Assembly (NCBI GenBank): GCA_965116825.1
Contig: OZ220736.1
Span: 5,714,592 to 5,778,591, forward strand
Direction of reading: 5' to 3'
Source: Vicinamibacterales bacterium
GTDB taxonomy: Bacteria; Acidobacteriota; Vicinamibacteria; Vicinamibacterales; UBA8438
DNA: 64,000 nt
Both the position numbers and the translations under genes were made by a program. A model generated the notes under the pieces. The model saw nothing but the letters and a program-made list of their open reading frames with translations, was not told the origin of the DNA and searched no databases. The stretch's first letter is position 1. Every line of letters starts with the position of its first letter. This document shows positions 52,680 to 61,778 of this stretch, in pieces.

Positions 52680-52755
52680 CGGGGAACGTCGAAGACGTTG
52701 CGGGCGGGCCGGCGGACGTCGCCGAGCCGTCGTACCGTTCCCAGGAGAGACCCAT

Positions 52756-53505
52756 TTGTTGAACTCGGCTCCGGTCCCGCCGGCGGAACTTGCCGCCTCG
52801 CCACCCGCGAGCGACGAACAGTTGCCGTCCAGCCCGGATTTCGAGCTGAAGTTCGTGGGCGAGCAGTGGCGGGCGGAGGCCGTGCTGCGCTGGCTCCGTC
52901 TGGTTTGCCGCCCCGACCCGACCTTCCCCGAGAGCGTGATTTCCACCGTCTACTACGACACGCCGGGCTTCGACTGCCTTCGGGAGAAGCGCAACAGCGA
53001 CTACCTGAAGACGAAGATCCGCCTGCGATGGTATCTCGTTGGTAGCCACGTGACCGACTCCGCCTTCCTGGAGGTCAAGTCCCGATTCGGCTCGCGGCGC
53101 GAAAAGCGCCGCGTGGCGCTGCCGTTCCGACCCGACTGGTCGACACGCGGTTACCTCAACACCTCGTCGCTGCGCCGCATGCCGCGGCTCCTGCGCCCGG
53201 CGGGATTCGTCGCGCCGGACGACTATCGGCCGGTGCTCCTGGTCCGCTATCGCCGCCACCGGTTCATCGAGCCGCACACCGGGTTGCGCGCCAGCCTGGA
53301 CACCGGCATCCACGCGCCGGCGGTCAGCCGCACCGAAGGACTCACCCCAAATCCGCTCGCGTTGCCCGTGGCCGTGTTCGAGTTCAAGGGGCAGCGCGAT
53401 CACCTGCCGGAATCCTTGCGGCTGTTGACGACCGTGGGATTCCGGAAATCCTCGTTCTCCAAGTACGCCGCCTGCTATGATCACTCCTTTCCCCCGCTCG
53501 GCTAA
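52756..53505 (+). CDS. VTC (polyphosphate polymerase/TTM) domain protein
   Basis: FELKF, STVYYDT, KIRLRWY, FLEVK, YRR, RASLD, FEFK, FSKY. Confidence 0.88.
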   Translation: MLNSAPVPPAELAASPPASDEQLPSSPDFELKFVGEQWRAEAVLRWLRLVCRPDPTFPESVISTVYYDTPGFDCLREKRNSDYLKTKIRLRWYLVGSHVTDSAFLEVKSRFGSRREKRRVALPFRPDWSTRGYLNTSSLRRMPRLLRPAGFVAPDDYRPVLLVRYRRHRFIEPHTGLRASLDTGIHAPAVSRTEGLTPNPLALPVAVFEFKGQRDHLPESLRLLTTVGFRKSSFSKYAACYDHSFPPLG

Positions 53506-53529
53506 GCGGCGGCGTACGGGTGGAACCAC

Positions 53530-54240
53530 ATGGACCAGCAGTTGGACAACATCTTCAGGATCCTCTCGGGTACCGGCCCGCAGACGATGAACGAGATCGG
53601 GCTGGGCGCGTTTCTGTTCGTGCTGTCGCTCTCGCTGGCCAACTCCCTGCTCATAGCGCAGTTCTACGTGATCTTCTATGCGAATCGGGCGACCGGCAGC
53701 CAGGTGCACCGGGCATTTCCGCTTCTCGGTATCTCGATCACCGCGATCTTCATCGCCATTCAGTTCTCGCTTCCGCTCTCGCTGGGCTTGCTGGGAGCGC
53801 TGTCGATCGTCAGGTTCCGGACGCCGATCAAGGAGCCCGAAGAGGTCGGGTTCATCATGCTGGTCATCGCCGCGGCGCTGGCCTGCGCCACCTTGAAACT
53901 GGGGTTTCTCGGCATACTTCTTCTCGTCGCCCTCGCGGCGCTTGTCATCCAGCGGCTGGCGGCCCGGTACTTGATGGGCGTGCCTGGCGGCGGGCTGATC
54001 GTCGTCTCCTTGCCCGGGGACGACAACGCGATCGCAACGAAGGACGTAACCGACCTGCTGGCCTCCAGGCTGCGGCGCGGACGGGTCGAGAGCCTGTCGC
54101 GTAACGACGAGACGACGGTCATCTCGTACGCGTTCCGTACACGGTCGAACGAGGCGTTGCTCGAGTTGCAGTCCGAGTTGCAGCGCCGCTCCGCGCGCTC
54201 GACCGTCGACATCTTCCTGAACCGCACGGGCACACCCTGA
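53530..54240 (+). CDS. DUF4956 membrane protein
   Basis: SLPLSLGLLGALSIVRFRTPIKEPEE signature; TM N-domain and soluble C-domain. Confidence 0.88.
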   Translation: MDQQLDNIFRILSGTGPQTMNEIGLGAFLFVLSLSLANSLLIAQFYVIFYANRATGSQVHRAFPLLGISITAIFIAIQFSLPLSLGLLGALSIVRFRTPIKEPEEVGFIMLVIAAALACATLKLGFLGILLLVALAALVIQRLAARYLMGVPGGGLIVVSLPGDDNAIATKDVTDLLASRLRRGRVESLSRNDETTVISYAFRTRSNEALLELQSELQRRSARSTVDIFLNRTGTP

Positions 54241-54248
54241 TCGGACCG

Positions 54249-55730
54249 ATGCCACAGCGAGGTCTCCGGCTCTCCACGGTAACGGCGCTGGCCGTCGGCT
54301 TCCTGGCCGTCGGCTTCCTGGCCGATCAGGCCACGATGCTGTCTGGTCTCAGGACCGTCATCCAGCGCACGCCGTCCCAGTTCCCGAGCACCCTGGTCGT
54401 TCCGCCCGCCGAACTGTCTCGTCCGGGCGCCCTGCTGTCCGTCTACACCGAAGCCCGTTACCTTCACGACCCCGACTACGGGTTGCTGACCAACCCGACA
54501 CGGGTCGGCAGGGACTGGGAGCATCCCGCGACGGTGTCGTACTTCGAAAATGGGGACCTGCGCTTCGCATCGAACGTGGGGTTGCGGATCCACGGGGGCA
54601 AGAGCCGCACCGGATCACCGGTAAAGAGCTTTCGTCTGTACTTTCGCTCCGATTACGGATCGGCGCGGTTTCGTCCCGGAACACTCTTCCGCGGGAAGGG
54701 CGATCCGGTGACGCGGCTCGTCGCGCACAACGATCTGCGGCTCGGTCCGCGAGGCCGCTGGTGGCATCTTGTCAATCCGCTCGCGTTCGACATCGCACGC
54801 CGGGTCGGCGCCCTGGCGCCCGAAACCCAGCCGGCGGCCTTTCTGCTCAACGGAGCGCCGCAAGGCCTCTACGTGCTCACGGAGCACGTACGCAAACCGT
54901 TTCTCGTATCCCGATTCGGCCACGACAACTTCGACCGGGCCGATGCGCGGTTTCGGCAGGCAGCCATGCGCCAAGTTCTGTCAGCGCCGTCGTTCACGAT
55001 GGCCGACGCGGCGACCTGGCTGGACGTCGAGAGCCTGACGCGCTGGTTCGTATCCACTGTGTTCTGCGGAACCAGCGACCAGTTTCAGGCGGTCATGTTC
55101 CGGGATCGAACGCAGCCCGGCGCGCGCTGGTTCTGGGTCAACTGGGATATGGACCACAGCTTCATGGATTTCTATCGGCGCGCGGTAACGCCGTGGCGCC
55201 ATGACACGTTTCGCTCGACGATTCGGTTGCGGGCATTGGAGGGGCAGTTGGTCAGACGGCTGCTCGAGGAGGACCCCACGTATCGCGAGCACCTCGCCGG
55301 CGCTTTTCTTGACGCACTCAACTATCAGCTCACGCCTTCGTTCCTCGAGGAGCGGTTCCAGCACTACCGGTCAATCGTGCAGCAGTTCGGGCTGGAGAGC
55401 GAGGACTATCTCGATGGTCTCGCGGCATTTCTGGCGTATCGATCGACGTACATCCGCGAGGTATTGGTCCGTCATCTGAACCTGGGTCGTCTGCATCGGG
55501 TGCGAGTCGACGGTCCGCCCGGAACGGTCTTCCGGGTGAACGGTCATCGGGTGTCGTCAGGATTCTCGGGCTGGTACGCCAATGACGGGGCGGTGGCGGT
55601 GGAGCTGGCCGCCGCGTCGGACGAGTTCCTTCGCTGGAACGTCAACGGACAGCCGGTTCCCTCTCCCACGCTCCGCCTGAGCGTCGCCGAAGACGTGGAG
55701 ATCGAGGCCGAGTTCAGCCCGGCGACCTGA
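54249..55730 (+). CDS. CotH-family atypical kinase, N-terminally anchored
   Basis: N-terminal hydrophobic segment; GRDWEHPA, GLRIHGGKSR, KSFRLYFR..YG, LNG..QGLYVLTEH, NWDMD; C-terminal FLRW beta-domain. Confidence 0.82.
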   Translation: MPQRGLRLSTVTALAVGFLAVGFLADQATMLSGLRTVIQRTPSQFPSTLVVPPAELSRPGALLSVYTEARYLHDPDYGLLTNPTRVGRDWEHPATVSYFENGDLRFASNVGLRIHGGKSRTGSPVKSFRLYFRSDYGSARFRPGTLFRGKGDPVTRLVAHNDLRLGPRGRWWHLVNPLAFDIARRVGALAPETQPAAFLLNGAPQGLYVLTEHVRKPFLVSRFGHDNFDRADARFRQAAMRQVLSAPSFTMADAATWLDVESLTRWFVSTVFCGTSDQFQAVMFRDRTQPGARWFWVNWDMDHSFMDFYRRAVTPWRHDTFRSTIRLRALEGQLVRRLLEEDPTYREHLAGAFLDALNYQLTPSFLEERFQHYRSIVQQFGLESEDYLDGLAAFLAYRSTYIREVLVRHLNLGRLHRVRVDGPPGTVFRVNGHRVSSGFSGWYANDGAVAVELAAASDEFLRWNVNGQPVPSPTLRLSVAEDVEIEAEFSPAT

Positions 55731-55846
55731 TCGTGCAAGCCATCATTCCGAGCCGGCCACCGAAACCGACCCAGCGACGCCGTCGCAAGACGCGCCCTGG
55801 CCCCGGCCAGCCGCCAACGCAGCGACGTGGCGCGCACACCGCCCGG

Positions 55847-56674
55847 TCAGAACCGTACGCGCAACCCGAGGCCGTTCTGTATCCCGCCCACGTGGTACAC
55901 CTCCGGCGAGAACGGAGCGGGCCCGGCGTCCAAGGAGCCCAACGTAAGCCGTGTGAAGTAGCCGACGCCAAGCCGGCGCGTAAGCATCCATGTCACGTCG
56001 GCGCCGACATTGAATCCGAGCCCGTTCAGCGTCCGTTCCGCGGTACCGACGCGAGCATTGATGTCGGCGAACGGTCCACCGATCTCACGCGCGGTCACCC
56101 TGGTGATGATTCCCTGAAGCAGATTGAAGTAGGTAGGACCGGCGGAGAACGTCACGTCCAGGGTATCGCGCAACGCGAGGCGCCACGAGACATGCACGTG
56201 CGTGGCGCGCTGCCGATGCGACAACACGAGCGCCTGCAACGGAAGCGTCCGACCCAGCCCGAACTCCAGCGGGTGCGGGACGGTCCCGGTCGCCATGGCG
56301 ACGCCGCTCGTGCTCAGCTCGGTATAGCTTGCCCCCACCGACAACTCGCGCCAGACGCGCAACGAACCTCCCGTGTCGATGTGAGCTCCCCCGTCAAATT
56401 CCTGACGGGTGCTGAACAGCGCCTCTTCCCCATACACCGGGAATCCGCTCCGGGTCTCGTAAAGTGTGGATGTGGCCTGATGGGAGCCGTTCACGTGCAT
56501 CGAAAGGCGTCCGACGAGTCTCCACAGGATGCCGCCCCGGTCATTCTCCCGCGCGACTGCCGGCGGCGCTTCTTCACCATCGCTCTGTGCGTACGAGGGA
56601 CTGGCCGCCGCCAGCGCGGCTACGCCCCACAGAAGCCCGGTGACCATACAACGCATGTCGCACATCTTGCTCAT
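55847..56674 (-). CDS. Outer-membrane beta-barrel protein
   Basis: Signal peptide SYA|Q; amphipathic strands; C-terminal GLGLRVRF. Confidence 0.75.
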   Translation of the reverse strand: MSKMCDMRCMVTGLLWGVAALAAASPSYAQSDGEEAPPAVARENDRGGILWRLVGRLSMHVNGSHQATSTLYETRSGFPVYGEEALFSTRQEFDGGAHIDTGGSLRVWRELSVGASYTELSTSGVAMATGTVPHPLEFGLGRTLPLQALVLSHRQRATHVHVSWRLALRDTLDVTFSAGPTYFNLLQGIITRVTAREIGGPFADINARVGTAERTLNGLGFNVGADVTWMLTRRLGVGYFTRLTLGSLDAGPAPFSPEVYHVGGIQNGLGLRVRF

Positions 56675-56744
56675 AGCCTCCCGTCACACCCGACTTCCCT
56701 TCCGGCCGCGAGCGCGAGTTCCCGCGCTTCCCGACACATGCTGC

Positions 56745-56893
56745 CGATCTTGCACGCAAGTACATCGGCCGCTTCGCCGGTCCCGTCCGGCGAGTTGTCG
56801 TCGGCGACGAGCACCCCTGCCCGAGCACGTCGGGGATCAAACCGGTAGATTGTCACGCTCGTTGCAGATCGGGATGACGACGGTGACGTTCAT
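56745..56893 (-). pseudogene. Relic of a Dpm1-like GT2 (polyprenol-phosphate mannose synthase)
   Basis: MNVTVVIPICNERDNLPV* then, in another frame, VLVADDNSPDGTGEAADVLA. Confidence 0.75.
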
Positions 56894-56939
56894 GCCCTGC
56901 CACGGGTGATTCTAGTCCAAGTCCGGCGAGAATGGAGAA

Positions 56940-57230
56940 TACTGGTTCCCGCCCGCGTGGAGGAGATTCACACGCGTACCCGCGGCACGTACGGCGCGCC
57001 TCGGATCCAGGCCGAACGGTCGGCATCCGGCATAGCGGTCAGCCGCAAGCGGGTCGCACGAGCGATGCGCGCCGCGCGCATCGCTCGTGCGGAGCCGGCG
57101 CCACGGGCCGCGCACGACGCGCCGAGACACACCAGGCCCGGCCGGCCCCTCGCAAGGGCACGTTCATCGAGGACGTGTCATGATGCGAGTCCGCAAGCGT
57201 TGACCCGTCCACGGGATCGAGGCAGCCTCA
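56940..57230 (+). mobile_element. IS3-family remnant (OrfB HTH fragment plus right end)
   Basis: IHTRTRGTYGAPRI..VSRKRVARAMR; ends GTCCACGGGATCGAGGCAGCCTCA (57207-57230), nearly identical to 58983-59006. Confidence 0.7.
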
Positions 57231-57731
57231 GGGTAGGGGTTGTCCAAGTCCGGGCGTGGCCAGCAGCAGGCGTCTGCTGCGCACTTGGTGCGTCTGCTGC
57301 GTGCGGTCGGCCGCGCAGTAGAGGAACTGGCCGGCGAGCTTGTGGCGTGTCAGCCGCTCGTCAGCGACGAGTTTACGCAGCGCGTCCTGGGTGCCGACAC
57401 CGAGCAGGTTGTCCAACTCGTCGACGAAGTGTCCGGCTTCGGCGTGGTTGACGAACGACTCGGCGGTTGCGAGCAGGGTGCCGGCGCGGGAGAAGCGGAC
57501 TCCGGCGAAGGACCACAGGCCGCGCTCGTCGAAGTCGGCGAGTTGGTCGAGGGTGTAGTAGCCGCCACGATGCGAGTAGCTGGTGCGGGCGTCGATGTCC
57601 TTGAGCTTGCGGAACGCGGTGCGCCTGCTGGCGCCGGCACCGAGCGCGGCCATCACCTCGGCCAGCGAGGCGATGGTCTGGTTGCCGAGTAGGGCGCTGA
57701 TCGTGTCGGCGGAGAACTGGGTGGGTCTCAT
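57228..57731 (-). mobile_element. Truncated IS-associated ORF (probably ISAzo13-like N-terminal part)
   Basis: TSYSHRGGYYTL..FDERGLW..FSRAGTL recalled as typical of ORFs linked to ISAzo13-like transposases; cut off exactly at the IS3 end. Confidence 0.5.
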
Positions 57732-57895
57732 TATGGCACCATTACTGGTTTATATTACCGCAATGATGCCATAATCCAGACGGGGTTGCACCTCTCAGAA
57801 TCCAGAAAACCTCCGTCCTGACGAGACTGGTCGCCGATCACGAGAGTCGCGGCGCTGGTGTGCTCTACTGCAAGACTACAGGCACTTCTAGGAAC

Positions 57896-58248
57896 TTATT
57901 GTTGCGCGGACCCCAAGTACTCGAGCGGCATCGCCAGGTCGGCATCGCACATGAAGCGATATGCGCCTCTGGCGGACAGCATGCCATGCTTGACGGCGGC
58001 CCCCTTCCCCCTGTGGGATATCCGCTCCAGGCGAAAGCCTCTATTCCGCGCCGCCCATTCGTGGACGACTGGACCTGTCGCATCGCTGCTTCCGTCATCG
58101 ACGACTATCACTTCCCACGAGTAAGGCTGCTCATGCAGATAGCGGGTAAGCTCCGCCAGAGAGGCGAATATGCGAGCCTGTTCATTGTAGGCAGGAACGA
58201 CTACCGAGAGGAAAGGCTCCGTGCCGGCCGGTGGCTCCACGGTGACCA
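57896..58248 (-). pseudogene. Truncated dolichyl-phosphate glucosyltransferase-like GT2
   Basis: LSVVVPAYNEQ, VVDDGSSDAT, GKGAAVKHG, CDADLA, then a stop after about 115 aa. Confidence 0.82.
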
Positions 58249-58469
58249 CGCAGCGCGGCGGTGGTGGCGAAACGCTCAGTCTACCGCTCATCGTCGTTTT
58301 CGTCCGTGTAGCATAGTCCGTCCCGAGTGCGCGATCACCTCGGCGGCCGTGCGACGGGTACACGTTCGGATGGCGCTCGACCGGGTTCCCGGTCGAGCGT
58401 CACCACCGCCGCCCCGGCGTGAGTCTTCCGCGAGGATTCCTCGCGCCGTGCACGATAGGGTACCGGCAA

Positions 58470-58728
58470 CTCGAGGACGGCGATGACCTGACCCAGCGAC
58501 CGGCCGAGCCGGGGAGAGTTCGCTGAAGACCAAGCGGTCGCCGGGTTGGAGGACGCTCGTCAGCTCATCCTGCCGCCGGCGTTTCGCGAAAGCCTGTCCG
58601 GAGGCGGTCGCCTCGATGAAGTCGTCGATGTGGATGTCGGGCTCTTGCGCGTACTCGAGGATGGCGAGGCGCTGGCTGCTCGCGTCCTGCTGCCGGGCCG
58701 AGACCCGCGGATAGGCGATGGTCTTCAC
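58470..58728 (-). pseudogene. Serine recombinase (resolvase) N-terminal fragment
   Basis: VKTIAYPRVSARQQD..Q, ASG, GDRLVFSELS, then frameshift (RLGRSLGQ in an alternative frame). Confidence 0.8.
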
Positions 58729-58769
58729 GGCGTGTCCATGGAACGTGGCTTCGGGTAGTCTACCTGACA

Positions 58770-59006
58770 GATGCAGAGCATGGAACGCATCCAGTCGGAG
58801 CACGAGGCGACGTTGCGGGACCTGCACGCGAAGGAAGATCGGCGCGCTGACGGTGGAGCGGGGTTTTTCTGCGGGGGTTCCAACTCTCACGATCAATCTG
58901 GAAGACGAGAGCGTGACTTCGCAACCGGAATACACCTTAGCGAAGCCCTCGAACTGTCCAGACAACCGGGACCACTTCACCGGTCCACGGGATCGAGGCA
59001 ACTTCA
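58770..59006 (+). mobile_element. IS3-family remnant with two stacked right ends
   Basis: Broken LRDLHAK-IGALTVER (OrfA C-terminus-like); ends CTGTCCAGACAACCGGGACCACTTCA (58954-58979) and GTCCACGGGATCGAGGCAACTTCA (58983-59006). Confidence 0.65.
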
Positions 59007-59018
59007 AAGGAGCACTTG

Positions 59019-60002
59019 ATGTCCACCCTGGTGAGCACGTGGACCAAACGGGCGCTCATCCTGCCCATGTTCGTCGTCGCAGCCTGCACCGACCGCGCGG
59101 ACCCCGAACTCATCGAACGGTTTCGCGCCGCCTGCGCTCGGCTTGCCGCCGAGGCAGCGGCGAACGGCACACAGGTCGTGACCGGTAGTGATGGATGGTA
59201 CTTCGCCGCCGAGGAAGCCGCCGCGCTCGGCGCTACGTCACACGAGTCGGAGGCAGCCGTCACCGAGCTTGCGGCGGCTGCCGAACGGCTCCGCAAGGGC
59301 GGCATCGAGCTGATCGTGGTGCCCGTCCCGCCCAAGGGCATCATCTACCCCGACCGGCTCGCGCCCGAGCTCGACGTGCCGATTCCGGTGCGGCGACTCG
59401 ACCCATCACTGCGGGACGTCTACGAAGATCTGCAGGCCCACGGCGTTCGGGTCGTCGATCTGACCGACAGGTTCATTCGCGACCGATTTCATCACGAAGG
59501 CCCGCTCTACTGCCGACAGGACTCCCACTGGTCCGGCGTCGGCTGCGTCGTGGCGGCCGAGATCATCGGCGCGGCCGTCCGTGATCTGGCCGGATTCGAG
59601 ACGGCACCAGAGCAACCGTACGGCCTTTCCTGGTTCGTGACGCCGATCCGTGGGGATCTCTGGCAACGCCTGCCAGCGCCGCCGCCACGCGAGGAGGTTC
59701 GAGCGCGCGGCGTCATCAAGCCCGAGGCGCCGGCGCTCGCGCCGATGGCGCAGCAAGGCGATGCCGCGGTCACGATCATCGGAGGTACGCATGCACTGGT
59801 GTTCCACGGCGGCGAACCCTACCACGCGCGCGGCGCAGGGGTCGCCGACCAGCTCGCCTTCGAGTTTCGGCAGCCAGTGGCGCTTCATGGCGACACCGGC
59901 AGCGCAACCTCCGAGCACGACTGGAGTCTTCCCACATTCGGCGAGCGGACGAGGGTAGTGATCTGGATCTTCTCTGCGGCACGGCTGCTCGGCGGCGTGT
60001 GA
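59019..60002 (+). CDS. AlgX/AlgJ-like SGNH O-acetyltransferase-domain lipoprotein
   Basis: Lipobox VAAC; GSDGWYF, LIVVPVPPKGIIYP, YCRQDSHWSGVG, GDL. Confidence 0.8.
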   Translation: MSTLVSTWTKRALILPMFVVAACTDRADPELIERFRAACARLAAEAAANGTQVVTGSDGWYFAAEEAAALGATSHESEAAVTELAAAAERLRKGGIELIVVPVPPKGIIYPDRLAPELDVPIPVRRLDPSLRDVYEDLQAHGVRVVDLTDRFIRDRFHHEGPLYCRQDSHWSGVGCVVAAEIIGAAVRDLAGFETAPEQPYGLSWFVTPIRGDLWQRLPAPPPREEVRARGVIKPEAPALAPMAQQGDAAVTIIGGTHALVFHGGEPYHARGAGVADQLAFEFRQPVALHGDTGSATSEHDWSLPTFGERTRVVIWIFSAARLLGGV

Positions 60003-60065
60003 GGCGTCACGAAGGCGTGAACGTCGCAAGTCCAATGGCGGAAGTCTACGGCGGGCTTCCAGGAT

Positions 60066-61067
60066 TCAACCGCCGACCGTGATGGTGGACCTGTTGTTCT
60101 CCGCCGAGGCCGCTGGCGGCGCCTGGAGAATCTCTCGGACCGCGTAGATCGGCTTGTTCTGCGATTCGTGGTAGGTCCGCGCCTGCAGCTCGGCCAGCAG
60201 CCCGAGCGTCAGGAACTGCATGCCGGCGAAGATCAGCAGTATCCCCAGCAGCAGCAGCGGACGATCCCCAATCGCCTGGCCGCCGAAGAGCCGCACGTAC
60301 CCGAGGTAGCCGGTGATTGCCAGTCCGGCGCTGCCCATGAGCAGGCCGGGCGGACCGAAGATCTGGATCGGCTGCGTCGAGTAGCTCAGCAGGAACTTGA
60401 CCGTGAGCAGGTCGAGAATGACCCGCAGGGTGCGCGACAGGCCGTACTTCGAGCTACCGAAGCGGCGGGCGCGGTGGTTCACCTTCACCTCGGCGATGCG
60501 CACCCCCTGCTCGCTGGCGATGGCCGGAATGAACCGGTGCATCTCGCCGTAGAGTCGCAGAGACCGGACGACCTCGCCCCGGAACACCTTGAGCGAGCAA
60601 CCGTAGTCATGCAACCGCACGCCGGTGGTGCGCGAGATCAGCCAGTTGGCGAGGTTCGAGGGCAGCCGCCGGGTCAGCCAGGGATCGCGGCGCTTGCGGC
60701 GCCAGCCGCAGACGATGTCATGCCCTTCGTCAAGCACGTCCACCATCATCGGCAGGTCGCCGGGGTCGTTCTGCAGATCGCCGTCCGAGGTCGCGATCAG
60801 ACGCCCCCGGGCGTGCGCAAAACCGGCAGCGAACGCGGCCGTCTGCCCAAAGTTCCGCCGGAACGCAATAACGCGCACGTACGGATCGTCCGCCTGCAGC
60901 GCCTTCAGCGCCGCGAAGGTGCCGTCGGTACTGCCGTCGTCGATGAGCAGGATCTCGTAGGGCCGGCCCCAGGCGCCCAGCACCGCGGTCAGCTCGCGGT
61001 GCAGTTCGGCGACGTTGGGCTCCTCGTTGTAGAGAGGAATCACGACCGACAGATCGGGTGGGGCCAT
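60066..61067 (-). CDS. ArnC/GtrB-like undecaprenyl-phosphate GT2 glycosyltransferase
   Basis: SVVIPLYNEE, DDGSTDGT, RRNFGQTAA, DGDLQNDP, DYGCSLK, MHRFIP; two C-terminal TM helices. Confidence 0.92.
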   Translation of the reverse strand: MAPPDLSVVIPLYNEEPNVAELHRELTAVLGAWGRPYEILLIDDGSTDGTFAALKALQADDPYVRVIAFRRNFGQTAAFAAGFAHARGRLIATSDGDLQNDPGDLPMMVDVLDEGHDIVCGWRRKRRDPWLTRRLPSNLANWLISRTTGVRLHDYGCSLKVFRGEVVRSLRLYGEMHRFIPAIASEQGVRIAEVKVNHRARRFGSSKYGLSRTLRVILDLLTVKFLLSYSTQPIQIFGPPGLLMGSAGLAITGYLGYVRLFGGQAIGDRPLLLLGILLIFAGMQFLTLGLLAELQARTYHESQNKPIYAVREILQAPPAASAENNRSTITVGG

Positions 61068-61112
61068 GCCTCGATGACGCCGCCGCGGGAATCACCCCGG
61101 GGAAGCATTCGA

Positions 61113-61730
61113 TTATAGCTCGCCGGCGCGCGGCCGACCGCGCCGCCGCCAGAGGAGCCAGGCGATCCCCGCGACGACCATCAACCCCACCAGCACCAGA
61201 GTCACGACCCGACCGTTGGCCTCGATGAACGCGATGGCGTCGTCTCCGTAACGGACGGACAGCGCACCCACCGCAAAGTACCGGAATCCCCGCGCGAGGG
61301 CGATCGTCGTAGCGAACTGCCACACGGGCACGGCGGCCACTCCCGCCAGCAGCACGAAGATCTTGAACGGCGCCGGCGGCGGCAGGATGGCCGGCACGGC
61401 GATCGCCAGCACGCCGTAGCGCTCCGACAGCTCCAGCGCCCGCGCCATGCGGGGTCCGCCGAACCGCCGCCGAACCAGTGCATCGCCGCCGGTCCTGCCG
61501 ACCCAGTACAGCACCAGGCACCCGGCGAGCGAGCCCAGAGTCGCCATCAGCGCGTAGTACGGCATGCGCGCGTTGTGCTCGATCACCAGCATCACGACGA
61601 GCAGGTCGTTGATCTCGGGCAGGGACAGGAAGGACGAGTCGAGGAAGGCCACGACGAACAGCCCCGGCCCTCCGATGCCGAGGGCGAAAGCCTGAATCCA
61701 GGTAACGATGCGGGCCACGGACGCCGGCAT
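61113..61730 (-). CDS. DedA/VTT (YqaA-like) membrane protein
   Basis: AFLDSSFLSLPEIND, ATLGSLAG, PPPAPFKIFVLLAG, RGFRY. Confidence 0.88.
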   Translation of the reverse strand: MPASVARIVTWIQAFALGIGGPGLFVVAFLDSSFLSLPEINDLLVVMLVIEHNARMPYYALMATLGSLAGCLVLYWVGRTGGDALVRRRFGGPRMARALELSERYGVLAIAVPAILPPPAPFKIFVLLAGVAAVPVWQFATTIALARGFRYFAVGALSVRYGDDAIAFIEANGRVVTLVLVGLMVVAGIAWLLWRRRGRPRAGEL

Positions 61731-61778
61731 TATACCAACCGGCGGCTGCCGGCGTGTCCGTGAAGCCCGTTGTGGCCG

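Noticed and set aside
54288..54324. 15-bp tandem repeat (LAVGF x2) in the CotH leader
   Set aside because: Small in-frame duplication in a hydrophobic segment; no frameshifting potential.
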